Source of the DNA: Candidatus Magasanikiibacteriota bacterium | GTDB taxonomy: Bacteria > Patescibacteriota > Patescibacteriia > Magasanikbacterales > GWA2-37-8 | Length of the DNA stretch: 64,000 nt | Assembly (NCBI GenBank): GCA_030650025.1 | Contig: JAUSEN010000016.1 | Span: 9,428 to 73,427, forward strand | Reading direction: 5' to 3' | Part shown: positions 63,539 through 64,000 of the stretch, one piece after another | Numbering within the stretch: the first letter of the stretch is position 1 | Layout: every line of letters begins with the position of its first letter | Translations under genes and position numbers: made by a program | The notes under the pieces: generated by a model | The model's input: the letters and a program-made list of their open reading frames with translations, nothing else | The model's database searches: none | What the model was told of the DNA's origin: nothing

Positions 63539-63784
63539 CTTATTTAAAAAATCCCTAATCTGTTGTCGCAGTAATCTTTTGCCTTCTGTCGTTTTTAAAA
63601 ATTTTTCTCTCCTTTCTGCATCGGATTTTTCTAGGTAGCATTCATAATGAACTAACATTGGCATTTTATTTTTAGTCGAAGCAACTCTATCCTGTTTATG
63701 TTGGTTCACACGTTTAGCCAAGTCAGCAGTTGACCCTTTGTATAAATCGCCATTTTTTAATAATAGAATATATGTATAATACAT
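63524..63784 (-). CDS. GIY-YIG nuclease-family small protein
   Basis: YYTYILLLKNGDLYKGSTADLAKRVNQH matches GIY-x10-YIG. The 3' end overlaps tRNA-Arg by ~15 nt, so the true C-terminus may be shorter. Confidence 0.7.
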   Translation of the reverse strand: MYYTYILLLKNGDLYKGSTADLAKRVNQHKQDRVASTKNKMPMLVHYECYLEKSDAERREKFLKTTEGKRLLRQQIRDFLNKVSIV

Positions 63785-64000
63785 ATTGTGGTTAACTTCG
63801 CCCAGTCATTCGACTGGGCGCCCGGTCGTATGACCGGGCGGAGGCCGGTATCCTATCCGTTGAACGACGAGGACTAAACTAAACGCCGCACAGCGCGCAG
63901 CGCCTCGTATATCCTATACTGGAGAGGGGAAATAATCAAGTCAAAAGTCCCGGGCTTTTCTGCTGTATAGCCACCAAAATTAATTTTAAACCGGGTCACA

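Noticed and set aside
63796-63880. Additional tRNA downstream of GIY-YIG (sequence begins like tRNA-Arg)
   Set aside because: Anticodon loop lacks U33, there is no T-arm, and a 9-bp tetraloop hairpin replaces it.

Overview
This 64 kb window looks like a chromosomal fragment of a small-genome, CPR/Patescibacteria-like bacterium (inference from gene content and architecture, not a database result). The left third is surface- and envelope-oriented: a class A PBP, ruvB, a PIN/Phd toxin-antitoxin pair, a type IV prepilin cluster, galU, and then a striking tandem array of 11 paralogous small membrane proteins that share a VirB2/TrbC-like two-helix C-terminal module and carry hypervariable, often cysteine-rich, N- or C-terminal domains (about 15.2-23.3 kb). 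The array is followed by rpsO and pnp. Mid-window holds a 23S-5S rRNA locus with no 16S rRNA gene in the window; the 23S gene carries three ORF-less group-I-like insertions and has a long, highly structured leader. The right half is a sugar/central-carbon block (glpX, class I FBA, gap, TrmB-like regulator, glmS, a GlmU-like nucleotidyltransferase, HAD hydrolases, a CofD/YvcK-like protein), a SucC-like/SucD-like/citrate-synthase-like trio, several methyltransferases, rluA-like, a Liv-type ABC transporter, a PHP-domain protein, a GIY-YIG protein and five tRNAs. Signals not explained by the gene map: (1) a composite GC-hairpin + TGAWTTT-N-AAAWTCA palindrome module placed immediately 5' of six start codons, all in the context CATATG; (2) a family of nested GC-rich palindromic mini-elements inserted in-frame inside coding sequences and also found in leaders and next to tRNAs; (3) an ACAA-loop hairpin family; (4) two copies of a ~115 bp structured repeat; (5) two compositionally foreign high-GC genes, one of them a guanylate-kinase-like gene; (6) a methyltransferase gene broken by an in-frame TAA; (7) a 20-aa polylysine micro-ORF with a strong SD. 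All annotations rest on reading motifs in the provided translations and sequence; no searches were run.
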